64,000 nucleotides of DNA from Octopus bimaculoides (GCF_001194135.2 NC_068996.1:50045413-50109412), one strand, 5' to 3'; positions 52,243 to 63,609 are shown, numbered from the stretch's first letter. The notes: generated by a model not told the origin, from the sequence alone. Program-made: numbers and translations.

Positions 52243-52658
52243 CAACTTTCTTGGCTGGAGACCCAGGAGGCCTCTGTTCTCTTTTCGGTCTTTTAATTCC
52301 CCTCGTTCTTGTGAAGGTAAATGCAATGATGCCATTGTTACTCGCAATAGAAGTGCTACTAGTCGAAGTAGTGGATGTAGTGGTAGTGGTACAATTATGG
52401 CCTGCGCCGCCAACAGCCGAGGCCAGGTTCTCGCCACCAGACCCGCCTGTTCCATCGTCTGCGATCTGTGTCTGATGTTGATCCGATTTAGAAAGTTTGG
52501 TCGGACGTTTCTCGCTCGCAGCCACATTACTAACATTGGTACTCAGGGCTGTTGTAGTGTTGTTAGATCCAGGTGTAGTGTGGTGATAACCTTCATTACA
52601 ATTTGTCGCCCCTTTAACCGTTCCTTTATCGCTTCCATTGCCACTGTCAATTGAAACC
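52243..52658 (-). CDS. CRAMP1: CRAMP1 coding exon 2 (Ser/Thr/Gly-rich, ends RGIKRPKREQRPPGSPAKKV)
   Basis: Within ORF 52223-52711; acceptor aacaacag|G, donor G|gtaagt; 416 nt, phase 2 to 1. Confidence 0.85.
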
Positions 52659-53273
52659 CTGTTGTTGTTTTTTTGGTTTTTTGGTTTTAATAGAAGAGTA
52701 AATAAAAACAAATTAAAAAGTTAACTGTGTTAATTGTTTGGTAAATTGTCTAAACCGAAACAAATAGTTAGAAAGACACATGCATCAATCTACAAAGATC
52801 TTATTCAAAATGGCTGCCCGCAATTTTTATCAATGCATTCGCTTTTTAGATTTTATTTATTATCAGAAATAAATTAAAATTAACTTAAATTACTCTTAAT
52901 ACAACACTAAGGACTTTAGGTTTACACATTCGCTAAAAAGAAACACGGAAGAAGTTAATGTTAGAGAGATAACCATTAATGAAATGACATAAACAAATGA
53001 ATTGCAGTCATTCCAACGCATTTTCCACACACACGGAAATATTCGATATTGACAAAATATTTCAAATAAAAGCAACCAGTTAGTTTTAATAATCTATTAC
53101 TGTGAAGACTGGGAGTAAAAGAGGGAAAAACTTGAGTTAATTTGAACAGCGGAAATAACTAAAAACTTAATGTTTTTGTGTGAACAATTACGGGTTCGAA
53201 GTAAAAAATGGCGGTTGTACAACAATTTTATTTCCTTGCGGTTAAACTTAGACTGCATAGACATATACTTTAC

Positions 53274-53341
53274 CGAGATGAAGCCTGGTCTTGTCCCAAA
53301 CATTCTCCTTGATGACTTTTACTTCGGGTTCCAATACCCAT
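53274..53341 (-). CDS. CRAMP1: CRAMP1 coding exon 1 (MGIGTRSKSHQGECLGQDQASS-R); exon probably starts at acceptor 53463 with 5'UTR
   Basis: gaaATGG start context; donor CG|gtaaag is phase 2 and matches exon 2; upstream acceptor ttttgcttctctcag at 53464. Support comes from phase and splice signals, not sequence conservation. Confidence 0.7.
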
Positions 53342-54524
53342 TTCGATAGAACCTGCTAAAATCCAGGTTTTAATCCGACTTGTTGTTAGATGCCCACTTC
53401 GAAGTCAGCAGTCCTGTCCGTCACTTTGGTACAAATACAATTTTATCTTCTCTCGGTCGGTGACTGAGAGAAGCAAAAATAAATCAAAATAAACAATTTT
53501 AAAAAATATAATCAAAAATAATGATTACAGAATCAGAGACAAAAAGTTTGCCTGGAATTTTTTCCCTTTGGTAATTAATTGGAAAAAGCCTCTGTCAACG
53601 TTGTTTTGATAGAGTATCCTCTGCACAGCTCGACATCATCATCATTATTACCATCAACTAGCACTTCTTACTGCTAATAAAGACAGCTTCTTTTTTTGTT
53701 GTTGTTGCCATAATAGTGAAGAAGAATGCACCACCGCACACAGATTACATTAAAGAGACTGAAAAGCGTTGAGTTATTATAGTTTTTGATAGAAATTCAC
53801 ACAGACACTGCCTCTACACTATAATGCCATTCGCATTTTTACTCTTTTCTTTTTCAAGTTTGCTTTCAGTTTTTTCCTTCTTTTCTTTTCTCTTTTTCCT
53901 TAAGTTATTTATCCTCTTGCTGTTGTTGCCAGGATTACTACTGCTGCTCTTTTTTTAAAATTTAAACATAGAGAGGGTGTGTGAGTCGATATCCAATCCA
54001 ACTCGGCCGGATTTGAACTCGGAATTGTGAGAGACGCATCAAAGTTTGGATACCTCAGCAGTTTTTGTGTTCTGGCTCTCTTACCATCTGCGCCAGTTAT
54101 CTGGCATATATCTCTGAGAAAACAATTAGTATCATCATCCAGTCACTAATCACTTGTCACCACTGTTTTTCCGAACCGACGGGGAGGCTTCTACGCGGTC
54201 ATCCTGGCCGTTAGAAATAGTAGCCAAGTCTCCCTCAAATCATACCAAACAGCTTTAAAACAGGATGATACACTCGGCAACAACCACCGCAGCGCATATT
54301 GTAGATAGTTACGACTAACTTTATCGTATATCTCTATTTATAACGATTTCTCAGTCGTGGATGATGAGGACCATGCCACAACTGCTAAATGCTTAGTGAC
54401 GGGGCTTATATTCTTTTATTAGGATTTGACTCGCTGAGAAAAATAACAACACGCTATGTGCTTGTCACATTCATACTTAGAATGACACTTTAAGCTAAAC
54501 ATCCATTCACGGTCAATTGCGCAC

Positions 54525-54598
54525 GCTAGCTCTTTCTCTCTCACTCATTCACTCTCTCTCTCGTTCCTTTTCACTCGCTCTCTCTCTCTCTCTCTCTA

Positions 54599-54640
<42 letters not shown>

Positions 54641-54757
54641 ACACACATAGATACATATACACACCTATAGAAAATTGGGCTATCTTTCGTTCTGAGTCGC
54701 AGAAATGTCAATGATCTATCAGCTGTGTGAGAGAGTGAAGGTGTGTGTTGATGTGTT

Positions 54758-54800
<43 letters not shown>
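54525..54800. repeat. Compound (CT)/(CA)/(GT)/(GA) microsatellite cluster
   Basis: Seen directly; many other (AT)n and (GT)n tracts occur throughout, often at gap edges. Confidence 0.9.
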
Positions 54801-54802
<2 letters not shown>

Positions 54803-56199
54803 CAGCGTACNNNNNNNNNNCAGCGTACATTTTTTTATTGAAAGATCGCCAAAATTGCTTAGCTGACAACTAAGTCCTGCTCCGTCTTACAAAACCTGTC
54901 GAGTCTACAATCTTAGGATCATATTAAAGATCTCAGGGCCTAAGCATTCAAAGCTACTAATTACGACAATAATTCCCGTTTAATTAGATTCTTCACCAGG
55001 TGAGAAAAATACTTACACACACCCATCCACTATGCTACAAGGAAAATATTTTTCATAAAACTAAACGTGATGTTCATGCCTTTCCCAAAGACATTAGTAT
55101 AAGCGATATCAAAACGGCGAGCTGGCAGAACCGTTATCGTGCCGGAAAAAAAATGAATAAGCTACATTTCTTTCAGCATTGCGTTCTGAGTTCGAATTAC
55201 ACCGATGTCAGCTTTGCTTTTTATCCCTTGGGGATGGATAAAATAAGTAACAGTTGAGCATTGGAGTTAATGTGATCGACTAGACCCTTACCCAAAAATT
55301 TCAGGTCTCGTGCCCATAGCGGAAAGGATTATTATAAGCGATAAAAAAAATTTTTTAAAAAAAGAGGAATGCTTATCGCTTGGAGCCTACATTCTGCAGC
55401 TTATCTCCACACTGAAATAAATGTTTGCTGTAACAGATAGATGAAGTTTAGCCCCATGTGAACCAGCTGATAAAAAATAAACTTGTGATCAAAAAGCTAT
55501 GAAGACATCACCATTACATTTTTCCTTCTTTCTTTTATATGTCTAGAATTATATTGTTCAGTGTTTTCATACCTTTTTAAGTTGGGAGGGTGAGATTTGT
55601 GGAAAATTTTGTAGTTATTTTTATTAGCGTAGGGGTTCCATCAATGCTGATTGATTTCACCTGAAGAAGTTTAATATTTTTAACTGATTAAATAAAACAG
55701 TCCGTGCTTCATTGATTCCGCAGGTTTGAACTTAGAAATGCGAGTTCATTAATATTTACCGGGCAGCGGGGTAGTAAAATTATGATTCATTTTTGTTTGA
55801 ATAAGCATGCAGGCTTCTAAAATTAGAAGGCAAATGTTTTGCCGTGAATATTTATAACAACGCGCGCAGATTTGAGTCACACGTCCGTTAAGCACTTTGT
55901 TTCTCAAGTTAGACTACATACATACATACATACATCATATACACACAAACATGCACACACGCATATATCATACACACACACATACATACATCATACATAC
56001 ACACACACACACATAGGTACACGTGTGTGAGTATGTACGTCACTCTTTTTTGGGGGAAGTGTATTTTTTTTAATGTAATTTGCTTTTTTTTTTAATTTAA
56101 GAGAATCTTTCTTCAAATATCTTGACTATCAACAATTCTTTCCCGAAACTTTTTAATACACGCGCGCACATATATACAAAATGTCTGAATATATATATA

Positions 56200-56435
56200 G
56201 TGTTATTTCTTTACTACCCACAAGGGGCTACACACAGATGGGACAAACAAGGACAGACAAACGGATTAAGTCGATTATACCGACCTCAGTGCGTAACTGG
56301 TACTTATTTAATCGACCCCGAAAGGATGAAAGGCAAAGTCGACCTCGGCGGAATTTGAACTCAGAACGTAACGGCAGACGAAATACCGCTAAGCATTTCG
56401 CCCGGCGTGCTAACGTTTCTGCCAGCTCGCCGCCT
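56200..56435 (-). mobile_element. SINE family C, young CpG-intact copy
   Basis: aaggcggcgagctggcagaaacgttagcacgccgggcg head and gcctttcatcctttcggggtcgat core. Confidence 0.8.
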
Positions 56436-57199
56436 TAAATATATATATATATATATANNNNNNNNNNNNNNNNNNNNNNNNNNNNNNNNNNNNNNNNNNN
56501 NNNNNNNNNNNNNNNNNNNNNNNNNNNNNNNNNNNNNNNNNNNNNNNNNNNNNNNNNNNNNNNNNNNNNNNNNNNNNNNNNNNNNNNNNNNNNNNNNNNN
56601 NNNNNNNNNNNNNNNNNNNNNNNNNNNNNNNNNNNNNNNNNNNNNNNNNNNNNNNNNNNNNNNNNNNNNNNNNNNNNNNNNNNNNNNNNNNNNNNNNNNN
56701 NNNNNNNNNNNNNNNNNNNNNNNNNNNNNNNNNNNNNNNNNNNNNNNNNNNNNNNNNNNNNNNNNNNNNNNNNNNNNNNNNNNNNNNNNNNNNNNNNNNN
56801 NNNNNNNNNNNNNNNNNNNNNNNNNNNNNNNNNNNNNNNNNNNNNNNNNNNNNNNNNNNNNNNNNNNNNNNNNNNNNNNNNNNNNNNNNNNNNNNNNNNN
56901 NNNNNNNNNNNNNNNNNNNNNNNNNNNNNNNNNNNNNNNNNNNNNNNNNNNNNNNNNNNNNNNNNNNNNNNNNNNNNNNNNNNNNNNNNNNNNNNNNNNN
57001 NNNNNNNNNNNNNNNNNNNNNNNNNNNNNNNNNNNNNNNNNNNNNNNNNNNNNNNNNNNNNNNNNNNNNNNNNNNNNNNNNNNNNNNNNNNNNNNNNNNN
57101 NNNNNNNNNNATATATATATATATATATATATACATACACACACGGAGATGTACTTGCATAGCAAGTGACATGATCTGAAATCGTGTGCTGAAACAAAA

Positions 57200-57476
57200 A
57201 CAATTGCAGTGTGGAAAATGTTTGTAAGTCATTTAAGAACATACAAAAACCGCTAGTTTCACTTCAACATTTACATACATTTAATTTGTGTCTAAATATT
57301 TTCGGCGCTTTGAAACTGCGACCTGTTCACTGCACGAAGTTTTGTCAGTGAACAAGTTGCGGTTTCAAAGCAACGAAAATATTTTCACGCAAATAAAATT
57401 TAGATGTTGAAGTTAAACTAACGGTTTTTGCGTGTGTTCTTAAATGGCTTACAAACATCTTCCGCGCTACAATTGT
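57200..57476. repeat. 277-bp imperfect fold-back (palindromic MITE); half copy at about 13751-13886
   Basis: acaattgcagtgtggaaaatgtttgtaag..ctgttcactg, a short loop, then cagtgaacaag..cttacaaacatcttccgcgctacaattgt. Confidence 0.75.
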
Positions 57477-57483
57477 GTGTGGG

Positions 57484-58275
57484 TGGGGGTGATTTCAGGC
57501 TAAATTCGACACTTTATATAAAAGAAAACGAAAACATAATATTTAAGTATTTTAAAAGTTCAAAATATATCAACTAGATGATGACCGGAAAACTACAGTT
57601 TATTCACAGTAGCCGCTCTCGATTTCCACTCAAGACGGCTCCGGAACCTGATACGTGCGTTCCTCATTGTGTCCCAGGAAAGATCTTCGAACACCAGCTC
57701 GGCCTTAGTATCGCAGGCAGAGTGGCTGGTGTCTTTCTCAAGCGTGTTCCATGGGATTACAGTCGTAGGAATTAATGAGTCAGAAATTGGAGCTGGTGAA
57801 ATCGTCGAAATTCCCTGAAAATCACTTCTGATTCTTTCCAGAAGTACGGCAAGAAGCTGAATCCCGCTGCCAAAAATATGGCCTTCAAGTAGCAACCATC
57901 ACCAGCTAGGGATGGACCAGTCTCCAGCAGCATCACATGGTAATCTGAATTTAGCTGAAGGCCATTTCAAAGTTGTGAGGATGAATTCGGGCGTGCGGAC
58001 AGTCAGAATACCTGCTGTGTCCCTTTCTGCTGGTCAAAGCTTTATAGTCTCCGTTGCAGCTGTCTTTGTCAAAGCCATCATAATGTCGATATCATCATGA
58101 TACAGGTAACACTTTTCCAATATCCAGATAGCTTTGAATCCCCCATGTCAGCTAACTTTTCTCAATTACAACTTCAATCTTTATGCTCTCCGACGCCATT
58201 GATTGTCCCTCAGACATCAAGTTGTTTCTGAAGAAGGAGACATAAAAATCATCAAGTTCAGCTCGAACAACCCAG
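57484..58275 (-). mobile_element. Second copy of the 24200-25313 family with a different deletion
   Basis: Shares gagaaagacaccagccactctgc..ctaaggccgagctggtgttcgaagatct, the 5' blocks and the ttcaggctaaatt subterminal. Confidence 0.75.
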
Positions 58276-58447
58276 TGTGTGTGTGTGTGTACGTGTGCGT
58301 GTAAGTGCGCGCGCGCGCATGTGTGTGACTTTCCTTTACTTGGTTCAGTCATTTGACTGCGGCCATGCTGGAGCACCGCCTTTCGTCGAGCAAATCGACC
58401 CCAGGACTTATTCTTTGTAAGCCTAGTACTTATTCTATCGGCCTCTT

Positions 58448-59399
58448 GGATCTTTATGATTTGACGGGCAACATTTTTTTATGTAGTGTTTTTGGTACCG
58501 AAACACTTTCAAACTTCGTATACTTGTATATTTTGTGTTATAGAACAGATAAAAATTTTTGTATTAGAAGTTATTTCACGTTAAAAATTGTCTTATTTCG
58601 ATAATTTCAACTAATCACTGACGTCTATTCAGTTGAATACAGTTAGTGCTGTGACGGTGTATATGGTATTAATCCCCGTTAGTTCTGACATTTCCGATTA
58701 ACTAGACTGTTCGTAAACAAAGGGGAAAAAGCCATCAAAATACTTGAATATTGCCTGCACTTGTTATTGGAGCTGGCAGAATTATTAATGCACCTCCACC
58801 AAGTGCTTCATTTCCTAGAAATAGCAGCCAAATCTCCTTCAAATCAAACTCTAGTTTAGGGTTAGGGTTCGGGTTTTAGAGTCAGGGTTAGGGTTGGGTT
58901 AGGGTTATGGTTATGAATTATAGGGTTAGGGTTAGGGTTATGGCAAAAATAATCATAACCCTAACCGTCACCCTAAAACTAACCCTAACTCTAGAACCCG
59001 AACTCTATTTCTTATCATTTAGAAAATGTGTTACTAAGTACTAGCGAAAAATTGTTACACACACAGAAACGCACAGCGTAATTTATTATATAAACAATAT
59101 ATGCGTATAAATTACGATTAAACCGGATGAAATATGTCACAGGGAATAGCATTTTTATGACCGGCCAAAAATTATTGTTTATAAAAAGAGCACTGACTGT
59201 ATTCAGCTGAATAGACGTCAGTGATTGGTTGAAATTACAGAAATACGACAACTTTAACATGAAATAACTTGCGATGTACAATTTTTTGTTAAGAAGGCTA
59301 AGAGAAAAAGTTGTTTTGTATGACACATTCTATCAGTGTCCCAAGTTTGAAAGTATTTCGTTAAGAAAACAAGTGTTGCCCATCAAATCATAAAGATCC
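58448..59399. mobile_element. Non-autonomous DNA transposon with GG termini, long imperfect TIRs, 8-bp TSD (Merlin-like) and internal telomere-like repeats
   Basis: Termini ggatctttatgatttga(c/t)gggcaac (24/25); TSD ggcctctt at 58440-58447 and 59400-59407; inverted similarity extends about 200 bp. Confidence 0.85.
58856..59006. repeat. Interstitial telomere-like TTAGGG tract followed by an inverted CCCTAA tract
   Basis: Degenerate (TTAGGG)n at 58856-58940 and (CCCTAA)n at 58956-59006. Confidence 0.9.
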
Positions 59400-59855
59400 G
59401 GCCTCTTTTGCCGAACCGCTAAGTTACAGGGACGTAAACGCACCAGCATCGGTTGTCAAGCGATGCTGGGGAGGGGCAAACACATACACACACATACATA
59501 CACACATACACACACACACATATATATATATATACGACGGGCTTCTTTCTGTTTCCGTCAACCAAATCCACTCACAAGGCTTTGGTCGGCCCGAGGCTAT
59601 AGTAGAAGACACTTGGCCAAGGTGCCACGCAGTGGGACTGAACCCAGAACCATGTGGTTGGTAAGCAAGCTACTTACCACACAGCCACTCCTGCGCCTAT
59701 CCATGTTTGCTTTTGTCCCATACCACCCTCTGACAACCGGTGTTAGTTTTTTACGTCCCCGTAAGTTAGCGGTCTGACAAAAAGAGACCACTAACATGAG
59801 TGCCAGACTTTAAAGATATAAGTATAGGGGTCAATTTCTTCGACTAAAATTCCTC

Positions 59856-60320
59856 GGTGCTCCTTTGGCGCGTGATCTACAAGAGAGATTGCTTTAAGTT
59901 ACTTTTTTGTTTGCTTTTCAATTTCTAAAAACCTGTAAGATGTTGGCTAAAGGTTTTTACAATGTGATCAGTGACGAGACGAAGCAGTTGCATTTTTACA
60001 AGAAACCAGCACTAAATTCACATTATTTCTTAAGAAAAAGAAAGGTGCCACTTTGGCGTGTGATCTACAATTTAAAGGGAGATTACTTTCGGTTAGTTTT
60101 TAGTTTACTTTGTGTTCATGCTACTTTGCGTGTGATCTACGTGAGCAAATTTACTTTAATGGGTGATCTACGCGCGTATTTAATTGTTATATGGTTTTTT
60201 CCTATCATTAAAACAGTAAGAATTTTGAAGAAATACATTTACAATGCTAAGTATGTACAAAATAATTTTAAAAGTAACCTAAAGTAATCTCCCCTGTAGA
60301 TCACACACCAAAGTAGCACC
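59856..60320. mobile_element. MITE with about 50-bp GG-ended TIRs, 8-bp TSD and a duplicated left end
   Basis: ggtgctcctttggcgcgtgatctac..gattgctttaagttactttt versus reverse-complemented right end ggtgctactttggtgtgtgatctac..gattactttaggttactttt; flanks aattcctc and aatccctc. Confidence 0.7.
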
Positions 60321-61284
60321 AATCCCTCACACAGGATGAAAAATTGTACAACATATATTACATAACTGCGAACAGAAGCTAAACGAAATTCGAGTAGATG
60401 TGTGATTTTATGATACAATAAACACACGTACGCACGCTCACTTGTCCGTACATATATATATACATGCATAAATTGGACTAGTTCGAATATGTTTGCGACA
60501 TACTTAAATTCCTAAAGCCAATTTCATCGTAGTTTATCACGGAGTAAAAATTATCGTTTATGGCAAATGAATGTAAATATGCCATTATCAGCTTGATGTT
60601 ACCCCACCAGATGCATTTCTGGCTTTTTAAACTGTCCTAAGTTGAGGATACCAAGGAAAGGTAACCCTGAGATGACAGTAAGTCGTAGCTTTAGAATAAA
60701 TCAGTCAATACTAGTGAATGGTTTGCGCTCGTTGACCATCCTGTCTCAAGAAATATATTAGTAGCGCAAAGCATTGATGCAAAATAAACCTTAGGTTAGT
60801 TCAAATATGTTTGTGACATATTTTAACTTCCAAAAGCAACTTCACTGAGGTTTAGTTTGGTGAAAAAATCTTACTTATCGTAAAGTTGTAAACACACTGT
60901 TAGCAGCTCATGATGCCCTGTGTTGGTCCAATAGATGCATTTCTCTTAATGCATTTCGTTAAGCTGTCCTCATACGCATGTATGTACGTACGCATTTATA
61001 TATTTATTATGTATTAATACATTTGTACTTGTGTACGCGCACCTATATCAATATATGGCTGTTATTGTACCAACGGATTTGCATTTTGTTGCTTTTGTGA
61101 TGAAATATATGTTTAAAAAAGGCTATTATTTGTTCATGACGTGATAAGAATTTGTAAAGTTTCGAGAGAACGCGAAATAATTCTTTTTATTTTTTTAAAC
61201 TAGATCTCGAAGCACACATAAAGCTATAAATAATAGTTGGTAAATATTGAATAAAAAAACTTTTTTGTATGTAAAAAGTTGAAA

Positions 61285-61346
61285 GCTGCTCCTGGGATTC
61301 GAACCCACATCTGTAGATATAACAAGCATTCTACCATGGTAGGCGC
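61285..61346 (-). other. Degenerate tRNA-like sequence (B-box GGTTCGAATCC); pseudo-tRNA or SINE head
   Basis: T-arm tggg-ttcgaat-ccca present; acceptor and anticodon arms do not fold canonically. Confidence 0.35.
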
Positions 61347-63609
61347 TTTTTTTTTTTTCAACCCAATAATTACAAGCTATTATTAGGTTAGCGAAATGGC
61401 GAGCGTCAGACCAATAGTGATTATGTCCCTTTGCGTTCTAAATACGACCCAGCAATTGTGTTCAGTGTATATAAAAGAACAGAATACTTTAAGAGTTCTT
61501 GTCGTGAAGGGTTTTGGGGTAAGAAACAACCTATGGGGAAAATAACACTTAAAAATTACCGGCGCGAGTTAGTATGAGGTCACTCGACCTGCAAAAACTG
61601 CAGCCAAAAAAAAAAAAAGAAAGAAAGAAAGCACCCTACTATCGTTAAAAAGGACATACTGGATTGTGCTAATCTTTTGTCGGTAAAAAGGAAAGATGGA
61701 ATAGTTGCATGAATACGTGACTTCAGATGTGCGGAATGGAGGTTAATGAACAAAAATAGTCGGGGGAGTAGGAATACATACAACTAAAGAATAGAGAACC
61801 GAAAGCAAAAATGCTACTTTATATCTCGCAATTCAAACTATTCTTGATTAAAGTGAAAATAAAAGTATTTGCATAACACTGATCAATGCCATTCCTCGTA
61901 TAAAAATATGGAGATCAAGACCCCTTTTGAATTCTATTTTCTATACAAGAGTAGGAAATAAAATTCAAAAAGGTTTTCTTTCAATGACAATATTTAATCA
62001 TATTTAATAATCTAAAGGCGATGGAGTTGAGGCAGAAACTGTTTTGTCCAGAAGTAAATGGGTCAAAAGAGAAAAAAAAAACCTCTAGTATTTACTTTCT
62101 TTATTTTACAATCAGGTCCTGCCTAAGCCGACTTTCTGTTACATATAAAGAATCGATAAAAGTATCATCAGTCCAATAATGGGATCGATTCAATTGACTC
62201 CTACGTTCCCCCCAAATTTGTAGCAATATTAAAAATCAATAGTATTTAACTGATTCCTTACATCCCCTACACATACAGATGCAAGTACGCACGCGCGCTT
62301 ACGAGCGCGTGTATGTATGCACGTACGAACATATTTTACCATTTTACATACACACACATATATATAGAGAGAGAGCGAGATGTAGATAGATAGATAGATA
62401 GATAGACACAGACATATGTGCGCGCTTTTATGGGTGCATGCACACATATATATTATATATATGCATATATACACACACACACGTACACGTATCAGGGGCA
62501 TCAGGTTGTGTAAGGAAAATGTTGCACATCCACCAGATATAATAACTTCATAGATATTAAGCTCCCTCAATAATATAATCATTAGTCATATCGCTAAACT
62601 AATTCTTTTTTTCTAGTTATGAAATATTGCAGCAGTTGTTTCTAAGATATCATTACACACTCCGACAGTTATTTGTGTAATGGTATGGCGTAATTGAGTG
62701 ACAAAAAATACGAGGGCCAAGTGTGAACTATAATCTCAGCATATCCTCTGTTCTTTTTTATAATGAGAGAAACCGCATGCATAAATTTCTCAACCGAATC
62801 TGATTTTCTTTCTAATGTAATTTGTTTTCAAATCTAATAAATTGGTCAACCGAAACTGATTTTCTTTCTAATGTCGTAATTTTGTTTTCAAATCTAAATA
62901 AAGCACAGAGACACGATTAAGTCAGTTCTATGATCTGGTAAGGTGTGTGTTGACGTCACAATATCAGCTGTTGATTCCAGGAATCGGTGTAAGTATTTTC
63001 CATAAAAGAATTTATTAATGTTGATCTTAACTGCTATAGAATAACAGTATCAGTAGATTTTTTAAATGATACTCCTATTTTTACTGTATAATTCGCTTAG
63101 TGAAAAGTTGCATTGACACGCATGTAGTACATTCTTCTGCAACAGGAAAAGTTTAGTCTTTCACCGGTATTATTTTTAAAAATTCCAGAATACACTCTGT
63201 GACAATAACTGCGATAGACCCATGAATGCCGTGTTTAACGACTTAAATGGCGCACGGCCTTTCAAGAAGTACTTAAATTTTTGATAGATTCTTTCAGTCA
63301 TTGCATATTAATGAACCAAACCCTAATTTGATAAGATAATGGTGCATTTTCTTGGACTTTGGGTGTGTGTGTGTGTGTTCTATTCTTTTACTTGTTTTAG
63401 GCATTTGACTGCGGATATGCTGGAGTACCACCTTGAAGGGTTTCAGTCAAACAAATCGACCCCAGGATTTTTTTAAAGCATAGTACTTATTCTATCTACC
63501 TCTTTGCCAAACCGCTAAGTTACGGAAACGTAAACACACCAACACCGGTTATCAAGCGGTGGTAGTGGAAAACAGACACACATATATATATAAAATAGCA
63601 TTATTATTT

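Larger units (their letters stand above)
9298..53463 (-). other. CRAMP1: Gene span of cramped/CRAMP1-like chromatin regulator (17 visible coding exons, at least one more probably in the 38467-38850 gap)
   Basis: Spliced translation recovers CRAMP1-family motifs as I recall them: SANT-like RQWELW..FFQAL..GRDFDAIQ..KNKEQVRHFYYRTW, EVYGLIHYGEMRKRLGG, LTVAQLFL..IRLEYDW, FQRTLLP, and C-terminal NENSMDYVSKFAELA. All introns are GT-AG with matching phases except across the gap. Confidence 0.93.
58328..59700 (-). mobile_element. Full-length tRNA-headed SINE (family A) with internal (AC)/(AT) microsatellite, interrupted by the 58448-59399 transposon
   Basis: Head ggcgcaggagtggctgtgtggtaag..ggttcagtcccactgcg. 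Removing the insert and one TSD restores the ttattctatcggcctcttttgccgaaccgc seen in other copies (about 620-1035, 21060-21378, 26840-27195, 28520-28920, 36210-36580, 63380-63590). Confidence 0.85.

Noticed and set aside
52251-52654. Plus-strand ORFs overlapping exons (also 30456-30665, 34899-35150, 16934-17140)
   Set aside because: Antisense shadows of Ser/Thr-rich coding exons.
58856-59006. True chromosome end or telomere fusion scar
   Set aside because: The tract is short and degenerate, sits inside a TSD-bounded transposon, and recurs in a second copy of the family.
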